From Raillietiella orientalis (lineage: Eukaryota): 64,000 nucleotides of DNA. The first letter of the stretch is position 1, and each line of letters opens with the position of its first letter. Shown in pieces: positions 52,373-64,000 of this stretch. Below the pieces are notes generated by a model. It saw nothing but the letters and a program-made list of their open reading frames with translations, ran no database searches and had not been told where the DNA came from. The translations under genes were made by a program, and so were the position numbers. The stretch lies in assembly GCA_036172245.1 (NCBI GenBank), contig JAYWIR010000024.1, forward strand, positions 558,001 to 622,000, given 5' to 3'.

Positions 52373-53260
52373 TCACCCGGTCGTTTATTGTAGCAAAAAA
52401 AAAATAATACAGAAAAAACGGTCACATAAAATATAAAAAGATTTCTTCCTTTGTGGTGGTTTCGCAGCAGCAGCAGTGCGAAGGGAAATGCTTCGGAGGC
52501 GCTGCTTCTCGTGAGCAGCTCCCCCGGTGAGGTCCACACGGGAGAAATGGGGAAAGGGGTAAAAGAAAAACAAAAGTCTAGTGTATTGGGGTGGGGAAGG
52601 GGAAGTCAGGGATCACAAATTTCTTCCTGGAGTCCTCAGCATCCTCTAGAGGATGTGGGCAAGTTCCTCCTTCCGCTGGCAGAGATGCGGTCATTTTGTC
52701 GCCTTCCCCATGAAGGAGCAGGCGATTGGGATGACCTCTCCGTTCGGCGCGGCTTCTCGCCGCCACGATTCCACAAAAGCAGCAGTGCACAAGGCCGCAA
52801 GGGAAGCTGAAAGCGGCATCCAGTCGCGCGCGAAGAGGCACCGCAAGACCTCTCTGCTGTTGCCCACCGAGAGTGGGAGGGCCTCAGCGAAGCGTTCCCG
52901 GACACCCAGGAGGGCAGCACCATAATCCAAAACAGGGGCGGGAAAATGTTCTGTTCCCCGCACTTGGTACAGTCCGGGGCCTCGTCCACTGGTGGACTCT
53001 TGGGTTGCATGGGATCGACCAGAGCAACAACTGCAATGCCGAGTTCCGCCACTTCAGGGGAAGCATGTGGCTGCCCACAAACACTGGGAGAGTCTCTGCC
53101 CCTGCTAAGAGAATGTCCATAAGCTCCGCCTAGCGAAGAATACCTATGGGGAGGATGGAGGGGATGCATGGTGCAACCAGTTGACGAGCCGTCCAGCATC
53201 CCAGCTGCTTCTTCTTTCTCGCGATCTCGAAGCATACTTCCCATCCTGCGAGGCCATCAC
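52373..53260 (-). mobile_element. LINE copy I, 3' part
   Basis: GWEVCFEIARKKKQLGCWTARQL, LPLKWRNSALQLLLWSIPCNPRVHQWT; AATAAACGACCGGGTGAAAAT end. Confidence 0.85.
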
Positions 53261-53299
53261 TATGCCCACTTTGTGCTGAGCGTGTCTGCAACGTAGATC

Positions 53300-53369
53300 C
53301 ACCACGTAGGGATTCGAACCCACAACCCTCGGTGCCACGCGCGGAGAGCGCAACCACGCGGCTGCCAGC
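53300..53369 (-). mobile_element. tRNA-like SINE head directly upstream of LINE copy I
   Basis: GCTGGCAGCCGCGTGGTTGCG...CGTGGCACCGAG...GGTTCGAATCC. Confidence 0.65.
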
Positions 53370-53479
53370 GCGGGCGGGAAGACTACTCGAAGGAGACCAC
53401 TTCGTTCCAAAGCGCAGCGGACCGGACGCACCTGACCTTCTTCATCCCATCTGTGAGCTGATAAGGAGAAGGATCTGGC

Positions 53480-53900
53480 TAAGACGCAAATGGGCATAAC
53501 CCAGAAAACCCGGAGAAGGGGCCGGAAGATGTGGAAACGCCTAGAGGCAATGCTTCGGCACTCGCTCTGCAGCATCTGGAGCTCCGGAAGCCACGAAGAA
53601 GGAGGGTTCGGCGGAAGTGGCAGGGCGCGCTCAGACACCGAGAAAAGGAGCGTCCTCGACGCTGGCCCATAGGAGAACAAGCGAAGCACCTGGAGAAGGG
53701 AGATGATGGTACCTCCCAGCATCTGACGCTCTTGCGACTCGTCCTGCAAGCATCCGTGGCAGCGACGAGCAAGGCATCCCCGAGAGTCCCAGCCTCCTCC
53801 TTCCAACGACCGGGAGGAGGAGACAACCTCGCCTCGCGTTCGCGGAGCGGTCATTCTCGGCGGCAGCGATCCTCGACGGCACGGTCGGGAGCCACGTGAC
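53480..53900 (+). mobile_element. LINE APE-RT linker relic
   Basis: KWQGALRHREK...IGEQAKHL resembles the L1 GA..RSR......GE..T..F linker. Confidence 0.35.
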
Positions 53901-54179
53901 AGGTCGGAACCGGACCGACGAGCCACGCGCGGGGATCACGAAGCAGGAAGAGGTCGAGAAGATGCGTGGGAACACCTCTTTCCCCATCCCGTTCCCCCCA
54001 TCCTTCTCGCGGCGAACTTGAAAAACGAAATCCTGCTGCTTTGCTGCCGCCGTCGGCGAGCTGGGCGAATACTCGACAGGCGCGCGCACGATTCCTGCAG
54101 GCCATCTCACTGTAGCGAGGCTTTGTCGGATGCTGGGGATCCTGCCGTTCGAAACCTCCTTCCCAATGACCGGAGCACA

Positions 54180-54430
54180 ATCGCTCTTCGCCTCCGCCTC
54201 CTCTTCCTCCTCCTCATCGTCGTCGTCGTCATCGTTATCATAGTAGTCGTAGTCGTAGTTGTAGTCATCATCGTGATCCTCATTGGCGTCAGCGTCAGTG
54301 TCGTACTGGTAGTAGTCGTCATCGCGATTATCATCGTCGTCGTTTTGTTGTCATCAGTGTCATCGTCATCAGCGTCGTCGTCGTAGTCGTAGTCGTAGTC
54401 ATTATCGTCATCATCGTCGCCGTCGCCATC
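54180..54430. repeat. Degenerate trinucleotide repeat (GTC/ATC/GTA)n
   Basis: Visible period-3 low complexity. Confidence 0.9.
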
Positions 54431-55422
54431 CCATCTTCAGTTTGCAAAGGTTCCTCGGAAGCTCTCTTCCTCTCTAAGCAACGCGAATTGCACGTGCGAG
54501 TGACGTAACGCCATCGCCGATGGAGACGACCGGGGAGGCATCGGAATTTCCGCCCTGAAGCGGCCACCGGACGCATATCTCTCGCGCGCGTTTCCGGTCT
54601 TTCTCCTGCAAGGTTACTTCCCTCCCCATTACTCCCGCTCCCAGCACGAGGTGGAAGATCGGTAGCTTTCCAGCTCGTCCCGTGTGGGTACGGAAGCGCG
54701 CACGAAGCATCCGGCCGTTCCGGGTCCACCAGGAAAGAAGGAGCAGGAGGCCTCCGGAAGGATCGTGCGTCCCTGCATCCCGCCTGAGAGTCGACGGCGG
54801 TAGCCGCTCTTCCTCGGTGGCGGGTTCGCTCTCGGAGAGTAGGAGCAGCACCCCGCAAAGATCCCGCTCATCCCTGAGCGCAAAAAGATGTCCCCAAGAA
54901 CCAGTCTCCGTGGAGTAAGCAGAGTGTAAATCCCCCTCCTCCCCTTCCCGGAGCATCTCTTCTCCCACCCCTTTCCACGGAGATACTGCGCACAGCAGTG
55001 GTTCTGTCCCGCGGCAGCGACCACTTCTAGTGAGAGCGACGTGCCCAGCAAAAGGTGCCAACCGCTGCTTCCTCTCCAGCGAGAAACGGGGAACCGGCCA
55101 GGGAGGATGGAAGGGGTTTGACCCAGGTGACGATAGGAAGTCGCCGTCGCGAACTCGTGGCGAGACGAGTGGCGGGATTTCCATCTGCTCCTTGCACGAG
55201 GAGCGGAGGCATTCTTCCCTCGTTCGTCTCCCCCTCCGGACGGCGAGGTCCACCCGGCTCCATACCCCCTGCCCCCCCGCGTATGAAGGGACCCTCCGTA
55301 AGGTAAGGGGCGTTAGTCCGAGAGCGACCTTCTGGCTGACCCGGCAAGAGAACTGGCGGGGCAGCGGAAAAGCGTGACCGTACTTTTCGAACTCGTCTTT
55401 TCGATTCGGAACGCTTCCGCCG

Positions 55423-55444
55423 GCGCGCGCGCGCGCGCGCGCGC
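55423..55444. repeat. (GC)11 microsatellite
   Basis: Perfect alternating GC run. Confidence 0.95.
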
Positions 55445-56624
55445 CGCCGTAATGAATTCCACGCCACCTCCGTGACCCGCCCGCTGACCTCAGTACGAGC
55501 GACTTCTCACGTCGATAATCGGGAGCTACCGAACACGTCCGCGCCTCGGGGGGAGAAACCTCTCAGCTGCTGAACGCTCAAGCGCTGCACGCACCTCACC
55601 AATGCGTCCTGGAAGGGCAAACTTGATTCGCTCTTCGGTCGCTCCGTTACCGCGAGGAAGGGTAGCTTGCCCTTCCCAGAGGCTTCCTCAGAGCTCCAGC
55701 ACCTCGAAGGAGAGACGCAGAAACGGGTACGCGCCCTCTCGAGCTTTTCAACACGCCCTCTGGAACCACCAAAGCGTTCAGAGAGTCCCGGAGAAATTCC
55801 CAGGTTCAGGAGAAGGCGATCCTCCGAGACTCTCCCACAGAAAGGGAATTCAAGCCGTGTGGACGCTGGCCGCTCGCCCTTAAAGGCGGTTCGGAAGGCG
55901 CCCCAGAGATGCAGCGATGAGGCCGCATCACGCCTATAGCGAGCAGGGCCCTTCTACCGCCACTCACCTGGGGTGTCCTGGGAAGCGGAAAGAGGAGACC
56001 CTCGGCTCCCCGACAGCCGGAGCGACCTGCTCTGTAACGTCACCTTGCAGGAGCTGGCTGCTTGTGAGCCCCGTGCAGAGACGCTGCGGCCTACACGGCC
56101 GCTGCCAGCGCGGAAATTCCCATGGTGAGCAAAGGGAGAAGGCGTGGCGCGCGCGCATGCGTCACCGTGCGAACTCGCACTGCCCTCCGGTGGAAATCCC
56201 AACCCACAGGTCGTGTCTCTTGGAAACAAAGGGAGATGGATGACCTGTGTGGGCCCCTTTCTCTTCCTTCGCCGTCATGGCTTCCTTGGGAAATGGCTGC
56301 TTTTCCTTGAGATAATCGATTTCGGTCCACTGGCGTCGCATTATGCAAGCCGACCATCCTTGATCATTCCGCCTTACAGGAAGATGCCCGCGGGAAATTC
56401 TCACCCGGTATGCCCTGTCTCCCGAAGATTCCAACATTCCGCCCAGCCTAGTCGTTTCCTCCTTCCTCATCGAGAACTCCATCTGTGAGACCTGCAGTTC
56501 TTCCAGACTTGCACTTCCCCGGGAGGAGAACTCGCTCATCTTCTCGAGACTCTCCCAGCTACTTCTGATGACTCGCTGCAGTGTGAGAGGATGTGGACCA
56601 AGCCACCCGGTGACCTCATCTAAG

Positions 56625-56782
56625 GGGAGGCTTCTTCCTCCTTTTTTCTCTTCTTCCTCCTTCCTCCTCACCCTTTTCCTCCTCCTCTTCCTCCCTTCCT
56701 CCTCCTTCCACCACTTTCCTTCCCCTAGTACTACTTTCCTCTTCCTCCTCCTCCTACTTCCCTCCTCCTCCCTTCCCACTTC
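56625..56782. repeat. Polypyrimidine (CTC/CTT)n tract
   Basis: Visible low complexity. Confidence 0.85.
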
Positions 56783-57229
56783 GTCCAAGCAGCCCAAGGA
56801 ACTGAAGTACCGATCAAACTTGATTAGACCCGCTGGCTGCGGAAGCGGACCAACCATCCCACAGAGCTCCCTGGAGGCATCGAAACCTCCACGTCGTTCG
56901 CCGGACGCTCGAAACCTGCCCATCGCAGAAGGATTCCATCCGCCGCACTCTGCCATCCCGGGTTGTCTTTTCCAACGCCGGCTAGCAGCTCTTCACTCTC
57001 TGAAACTCAGCAAGTTCCCCTCCGCGGCGAACTCACCGAGGAAGGAGCAATTTCTCCCCCTCCTCTCCCCCCCTGGAAGGAGGTTCCGCCATCCTTCCCG
57101 TCTCGACCTCTGGTAACTCCAAAAGAGAGAGTGATCGTCACGCCTTTGGGCAAAGGTCGAACGCAAATGCACCTCTGAGCGACTACCGGTCTCGAAGCGC
57201 TGCCATACTTCGGGTGACCTCGCGCCTCT

Positions 57230-58180
57230 CCCGAAAGGGAACCTCTCTCTCCGCGTGCCCGATGCGCACCCTCAGAGGAACTGCGTACCTCGGTCTCGCG
57301 ACCGAGGAGCAGATGGTGCAAGTGGAATCCTCCCCCGATCTTGTCAGCGTCGAAGAGCCGCGCGGTTCATCCGAGATTCTGGATCTTCGCAGTTGGCGGC
57401 CATGTGGTTGCAGTCTCCGCTCGTGGCACCGAGAGCTGAGGGTTCGAATCCCCGCGTGGAGGATCGACGACGAGAATGGGTGTGTATGTCGTGGGTTCGG
57501 AGTTCCACCGACTGATTACCCTGATTGGCCTGTAGGCTTTGGGTGCGGCACTAGGGGAAGCCGGATATTGTCCCCATTGACTGATCACGATTGGAAGTTC
57601 ACCTTCCGGGGTCCCTCCAGGACATCAAGGAGCCGTTCCCCTTCAGTTGGGAAAAAACGGAGCCACCCTCTCGAAGAAAGGGACCCTCTCCATCGCGTAC
57701 CATGGAGCTGTTTGATACTCCCCATCGGTGGGTTACCTCTCCAGAGTGTGGAAGCACGATACTCCCTTCGGGCGCGACCCTTTAGGGAAAACTGGCAAGC
57801 GTTCATTCGGGCTTCTCTTCAGAGGAGGAAAGAAGTAGCGAATCCCTTACGGGTTCCCTCCGGAGAAGAAATTCAGGAACGGCTTTCACAAACCGGACAG
57901 TCCTTCCGGAGAGAATAAGGAAGAGGCTCTCTTCAGGGTTCCCTCCCGAGTGAGAGGAACGGACGTTTCTCCAAAACCTTTCCTGGATATCTAGGGTGGT
58001 TCCTCCTGGTTTTACTTCCTAACTTGAAGAGTTAACACGCACTTCCCGGTGGCGTGGAACAGCCTTCAAGATTTTCGTGGCCACCCCCCTAAAGAGTCGA
58101 ACGGTTCTTCAGCACCCCATGGCAACCAAAAAGAAAAAATCTGGAGGGAAAGCAGCGAAAGCGGAAGAATCCCCAAAAAG
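57230..58180 (+). mobile_element. Dimeric tRNA-headed SINE-like unit (longest copy) joined to LINE copy J
   Basis: Unit 1 A-box TGGTGCAAGTGG 57314 and GGTTCATCC; unit 2 with perfect B-box GGTTCGAATCC 57441-57451; body matches 41190-41670. Confidence 0.65.
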
Positions 58181-58189
58181 GATTCCCAT

Positions 58190-59655
58190 GATCCTAGGGC
58201 ATCCTAGACTTTTTGTTTGTTCCGCCCCTCCCGACATCAAGGGAAGGACCGAGGAGAAAGAAAAAGGGCTTCTTAGAAAATCCCTGTGGGTCCAGAGTCC
58301 AACTCAAAGACTCGTGTGCTCCGCGTAAGGATGGTGGACTGGGCCTCCTTACGATGGAGAGGATGGAGCATTCAGCTCCCATTCGGAAGACTCGCCCTCG
58401 TGGCGAGATTATGGACCACACACTAACGCGTCTCCTCGCGAAGAGTGCAACCGACCGCGAGGTACTCGCATCCCTCCTCGTCGCTCGCGAGAGATTACTG
58501 AGGTGTTGCGGACGTCTCTCATTCCGCCAGGTTGTTGTCCTGGTGAAGAGGAACACCCGGATCTCTGCCTCCCCACAAACTGCACTGCCTGGCTCCAGGA
58601 GTCGGTCTTCGCCTGAGGGAGGATCCACGGCGCGAGCGAGGCGCTGTGGTGCGCCAGTCTGCAGCGGGGCGTCAATACTCTCAAGTCGATTGAGGAGATC
58701 GTCCTCAACCCACAGAAGATACGGTGGGCCTCGTCTACTCCCTTGCCCAGTGCTCCTCTCCCTGAGCGACGCAAGGGACAGCATAATCCTGGCAAGGTTG
58801 GAAGTGACGTGATGCATAGCAGCAAAACAAAACTCTTGAGGGTGTGGACAACTCGGGAGGTGATGGACGCTGCAACCCCGAGTGTCCCACCCCACGGAAT
58901 TGTACTCTGGATAGAGCTGTTCGATATCCCTCCAGAGGAGGTAAGGTAACCCCCAGCGTGCTGGAACAGTAGCACCCTCCCCCTCAAGTGGCAGGACTTG
59001 GCGTTGTTGGTCTTGCATTGGGAAATTCCGTGCAAAGCGCGCCTTAACCACTGGACACGGGGAGCACGGACACTAACTGCGACACATGCGAGAAGAAGGA
59101 GATCCTCCTGCACCTGCTGTTAGACTGTGCTGCTTCTGACCCCGTTGGAATCGCCTCGTGCCGATCATAGGAACCCCGGCCGGAGGCCCAGGGACATTTT
59201 CAGACACCTCTTCGCGCGTGCCGCTCCGCCGCCGCCAGCCGCTTTCCTAGCAGTTCTCTTCTGCGTCCACGGAATCATAGCAGCCTGGAACGCCAGAAGA
59301 GGCCGGAATAACAGAGACGCCACTCACCTGGCACGGATCTTCTTGAAGAGCGCCTCGAGATGGTCTTCATCTGGGCGAGACACGAACGGAACTTGCCAGC
59401 ATCCTGAACAGGATGCTGGCAGCATGCCGTGATCCCTTCTTCGATTCCCCCCCTCTCCGTGTACAATTTCTCCTCCTCTGTTTTGTTTGTAATTTTTTTG
59501 GTTTTTATGTTCCCTTCCCCCACGCTGCCGGAGCGGACCTCGCCGGTCTGAGCATCGGCATTCGGCGGTTCATTGTGTGTGGTAGAATCAACAACTCGAC
59601 CACGCAGATGCATTTTTATTGCTTCATGTAATTAATGCCCTGGCATAACCAAGGG
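58190..59655 (+). mobile_element. LINE copy J, 3' part
   Basis: LFVCSAP..GLLRKSLW, SRVQLKDSCAPRKDGGLGLLTMERM, LPLKWQD, VLFCVHGIIAAW; conserved 3' UTR. Confidence 0.88.
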
Positions 59656-60759
59656 ATCATCATATCATCATCCTTGCGCATTCTGCTGCAACAGCAACCC
59701 TAGCTACCACTCTTCGCGTGGTGAGAACTTTCGCGAAACGAAAAGAGTCTGGTCCTCGTGTAAGAGAGGAGGGAGAGGCGCACGAGAATGGGAAAACGAG
59801 GGCAGCATCTTGTTCTGCCCCAACCAATCTCCCCAGCGGGCAGAAGTTCCAAAGACCCACCAAAGGTTCGCCTCAAAGGAACCAGATGCGCTCCTTCAGA
59901 TCTGTCTCCGAAGGGTCTTCCCGAAAGGAACACCGGAAGTTCCCTCGAGACGATTCTTTCGCCCGACGCTGCGTTCTGTTTGACCTGCGCTTTGGGCGTG
60001 CTGAACGGAAGCTGAGCTCCCTCCGGCGCGCTGAAGAGGACGGTCGAATGTTTGCTCTCTGCCACGTCGCTCTGCTCGAGAGAACGCGGACGTCGGCGGC
60101 ATTGGAACCGCTGGCCGAAACCATGGTAACCGCATACTCGCTGGTGTTGAGCGCAAACAAAAGTCGAGGTTTTCCCAGAGATCGCGAGGTGCACTGCGGT
60201 GTCCCACAGATCTGCTGACGTCACTTCTCCCGTCGAGCGACACCAGCAGGGAGTGAGAGGAAGAGCAGCAAAGTCCCGCCTGAGCGCCTGGCAGCTTGGC
60301 TGCTGGTTCCAAACTCTTACGTCCTTCTTACGTCCCGTCCACGCCTGGCCGTGACCTCGGGACGAGCGTCAGAAGGCCATGAGACTCGACGAGAATTCAG
60401 GACGCCTCCGGCCCAGATGCCCGGCTGACACTTCTCCGTCGCCTCCTTCGGAGAAGTCCCCTTCGAGCTCCATCTCTTCACCGGAACGTCGGGAAAGAGG
60501 ACCGGTTTGCGTCCATGTCGAAAGGCGAGCCATCTGCTGCTGCTGCCGCTGCTGCTTCGCCGATAGACTTGCGTGTCTGTTCGGAAGAAGCGTAATTCGC
60601 CAGAAACCTGAAGCGGAGCTTCGAAATCCTCCACTCTCCCTCCTTACCTTCCCCAATAGCAAGCAGCCGGCGAACTTCGTGTCTTCCGAGGCACTCAGGG
60701 AACCAGAAAACGAACGACAAAATTGAAAGGAAAAAAAAGCTGAAAGGAGAGCAGCGGGA

Positions 60760-63700
60760 TAGAAGAACCGCGGGTGGGAGGGCGCGCGTGGAGTCATCTC
60801 GGCAACGAGAAGCCACCAAACGGCCGCCCGAGTGCGTGCGCACACGAAAAGAACTCGGGAAACGCGGGACTCGGAGCTCTGGAAGGCCGCGGAGCCCGGC
60901 TTGCCACGGGCACCTCCTTCCAGCTTTTTTTTTTTCGGTTTTTTTCGTTGGTTTTTTGTTCGCTGAGTGCCCTGGAACCGCTCCTCTCCTAGGGGCATAG
61001 GAGAGGCTGGACGATGCCGCCACATGGAGGCTCACAAGGCACTTTCAGGATTGTCCATGCCGCTTGAGGGCGCGTGTGGCTCTGTCAGGGGGGAAAAGTC
61101 AGAAGGGACCACCCTACTTATTCAGGAAGACTCCGAAGGTACAAGACCTCCCCCGTCCGCGGTCTTAGGGAAGCAGGGGATCCTCCCGCGCACCAACGGT
61201 GTCCGGCAACAGCGCTCGCAGGTCTCCCCTTCCTGCCCAAAGACCCCTCTTCTCCGGCTCGGCCCATCGTTGTCCCGGAAGCGGGTGCTGCAGAGCTCGG
61301 AGGGCAGGGGGACCTCAGGGTGTCGATGAGCCCGGAGGAGGGCGGCCGCTCTGGTGGGGAGGCGGCATCCTCCTCCTCGCGCTCGAGGCACCAGGGAAAG
61401 TCAGCTCGCCCGGCAGGGGGCAGTCGGGGCCCCCGCGTCGCGCCCTCGCCTTCGCTGTCTCCCGCCCCGTCCTTGGAGAAGGAGGTCCTTTCGCCTCTCC
61501 GCCACGCGCCCCTGCAGGCTTTGGGGCGCTGCTGGCTTTGTTTCGGGTCGATCTCAGGACCGGCCCGCGTGCCTGCGTGGGCAACAGCGGCGCCGCTGCC
61601 ACGGCGGAGCCAAGTTCCCCCCCCCCCTCCTTCCCCGATTGCAGTCTGCCGCGACGAGACGTCTCGCCTTGATGACGTCACCCGCCGCTGAGAACTTTCC
61701 GACTCTCGGCGGACCGCCCGTGCGTGCCGGTCTGGCGTTTTTTCTTCCGCTCCTCTCTCCTTCGAGGGGAGATCGAGAGATGCTTCATGCGCCGAGAAGC
61801 CGCCTTCCGGGGCTGGCGAGCCCCGGAAGGGTCAGTCGCGATACCCTCGAACCCGGGCACCCCTGGCGCGCGCCTTGCCCTCTTTTCCTCCTCCTCTGCT
61901 TCTCCTCTTCATGAACAGCGATGATGGGGAAGAGGCGACGACATCCCTGCCGCAGACATGGGCGATCAGAAATCCCGGATGGACGCCCTCCCCTTCCCCT
62001 CCCCCCTTCCTCTCTGCTTGCGCTTGCGAAGACGCTGAGTGGCTCCCCACCCTCACGCAAGAAATATCTCCGTCCGAGGGAGCTACCGGTTTCGCGTTCC
62101 CCTCCCTCTCTCCCTCACCCTTAGGAGGCCACCCCAGATGTCCCCTCCACGCGTCGACTGTTGCAGGACATCCTCTGCCCTCGGGGAATTCCCTCCCGAG
62201 GTCTGCTCTCTCTCTTTGGGAACCCACTCACCCCGCTTCACGGAGGAGCTGCTCGCGGCACTCCTTCCGGGCGCCCAGGCCAGCCCGGAAGGGTCGCAAC
62301 TCGCGGGTCCTCCCTCGCTTCCCTCTCGGACCGGGATTGTTTCCCTTACTCAGTCATATCCTTTCTCCTTCTCCCTACAGCCTCCCTCCGCGCCGATTTT
62401 GAAATGGATGGAACCATTGCTCCGTTCTTTGGGTCCCGGAAGCGCTGGAGGTAGGAGCAGGAACGCCGGTATAACGAGTGACGGTGGCGCGCGCTCCGTG
62501 CCTTGCGGACAAGCTCCATTCGCCTTCAACTCGCTCTTTCTGACAACATGCAGGAAGAGCGAGTTCTCCCGAGGACAACTCGCAGCTCGCGCGCTGCGGC
62601 GGGTTCCGCACGTCCGCCGCACGCGGAAAAGGTGCAAGGGAGTCCCATGTTTCCTTGGACCCAGCAAAGGGAGGCGCTCCGGTGGACTCTCACAGAAATG
62701 GACGCGTCGCCAATCAGGGAACTCCCCGAGTCTCCTAACAGACGGAGATGAGAAAGTTCGGACGCTTCCCGGAAGATGTCATCAATGAGCTCAAGAGGTC
62801 CGCATGCCGTGCCCGGAACCGGTTCTCTGTACTCCCATCCACTCTCCTCATCCACTCACCCACCCGGAGGAGAAAACGGCGAACTTTGTGCCCTCACCCT
62901 CATGACGTCAATGACGCCCTTCCACTGTCTGGAGATCCATCCCAGTAATTTTTACCCCTGCCCTCGCATCCCTTCTTCAACGCCCCGCAGCTTGCTGCTG
63001 CTAGAGGGCAGGAGGAAGGAGCGGGTGGCCGTTCTGCTCCGGGACAGAACTACCGGAAGGAGGGACTCGATCGGAAAGATCTGAGAGCGCTGGCCTCCAG
63101 GATCTTCTTTCCCGTAGCTGGGGAAATGGAGCAAGAGGGAGGAAGGAGAGGGAAGACGCAGCTACACCCCGGAAGGTGGATGTGTCATTTGGAGAAGAAG
63201 CTGATGACGAGAGAGTCGACTTTCCAGTTCGCCTCACTCCGGCGAGGGGAACCTCTGACAGCTGCTGATCTAGCGGTCGAGGGGACCACGGAGTCAAGAA
63301 GTCTGGGACAAACAGCCGGGGCTCCTTCGATCCTGCTCCCTTGACTCGTACCGAGATGAACAGGGTAGCTCGATGCACCTTTTTCGCCTCATTTACACAT
63401 TTCATCTAGCAGTCTTTCTTCCCACTTCCACTCCCGGCAGCCCGCAGTGGTCGCTCCCGCGTGAGCATGCGATGAACACGAGCACGCGTGTGACCCCAGG
63501 CGCTACTTCACAGCTAGCACGCGCGCGCATGAGCGGCTGGAGCTTCCCACTGTATGCGGTGCTCCACGGAAGGAGGAGAGCAGTGGAGCGTGGGGGATGG
63601 GTCTCCAGCGCGCAGCCGAAAGAGAAAGTGCGCATCCATGCAAGGAAGAAAACCCCGAAAGCAAGATGTGAGGTTTTCTCCGTTCAATCTGCATACGCAG

Positions 63701-63850
63701 ACTTCTCCCTGGACTCCGCCCCAGGTGTGTCTCTGCAAACGAGCTACTTCGTTCCTCGCCGGCCAACGTCTGTTTTTTTTTTTCTTTTTCTTTCCCTTCT
63801 ATTTCTGGCCGGCGATTTCAACACCAAGGTCAGCAGACGGCCCGTCGCCG
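60760..63850 (+). mobile_element. LINE 5' part relic (5' UTR, ORF1, APE)
   Basis: 5' segment resembles 55380-55500 (minus); FSVLPSTLLIH matches the segment near 47830; LAGDFN near 63805. Confidence 0.45.
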
Positions 63851-64000
63851 TGTCGCAAGCAGCATCCTCCATACACACACACACACACACATACGTGCAC
63901 ACGGTTCCACTATCTGAATAAGGAGCAACCAGACGGCGAACCTTCACAAGTGCTCAAGAGGCGAAGGAGACGAGACTTCTACCCTGGTACTAAGGATATC

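Noticed and set aside
54018..54430. Poly-Val/Ile, poly-Thr or Asp-rich ORFs
   Set aside because: Products of a degenerate trinucleotide repeat.
57195..57235. 5S rRNA-like start (GCCATAC...CGCGCC) upstream of the tRNA-like dimer
   Set aside because: Match too short and no internal control region recognisable.
57391..57458. Functional tRNA gene
   Set aside because: B-box present, but no convincing acceptor stem or oligo-T terminator, and the copies are divergent; treated as a SINE head.
1..64000. CRISPR array, operon or prokaryotic defence system
   Set aside because: No regularly spaced repeats or bacterial gene organisation; spliceosomal introns and LINEs show the DNA is eukaryotic.

Overview
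Eukaryotic (probably invertebrate/arthropod-like) genomic DNA, not prokaryotic. One intact protein-coding gene can be reconstructed by hand: a 15-exon SLC12A9-type cation-chloride cotransporter on the minus strand (ATG 35897 to stop 21373; 2661 nt, 886 aa, all exon phases consistent). Its intron 2 has a U12 (minor spliceosome) signature with a non-canonical GT...TG end, and its intron 3 needs a GC donor. Most of the remaining sequence is decayed L1/Tx1-clade non-LTR retrotransposon: ORF1 RRM/CCHC, APE endonuclease, RT and C-terminal zinc-knuckle relics from at least two families. These copies are often inverted, internally deleted or scrambled, and most share a structured 3' end (covarying hairpin, AATAAA, terminal CCCGG/CCGGG hairpin). 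The most novel-looking pattern is a tRNA-like, apparently dimeric Pol III head plus a unique body, joined in three places, in the same orientation, to the 3' part of this LINE; this suggests a long LINE-tailed SINE family. Also present: a 1.19-kb near-identical duplication 31 kb apart with junction microhomology, an Arf/ARL1-like pseudogene fragment, and several weak same-strand relics resembling divergent ionotropic receptors. All calls come from manual reading and translation; no searches were run, and repeat boundaries are approximate.
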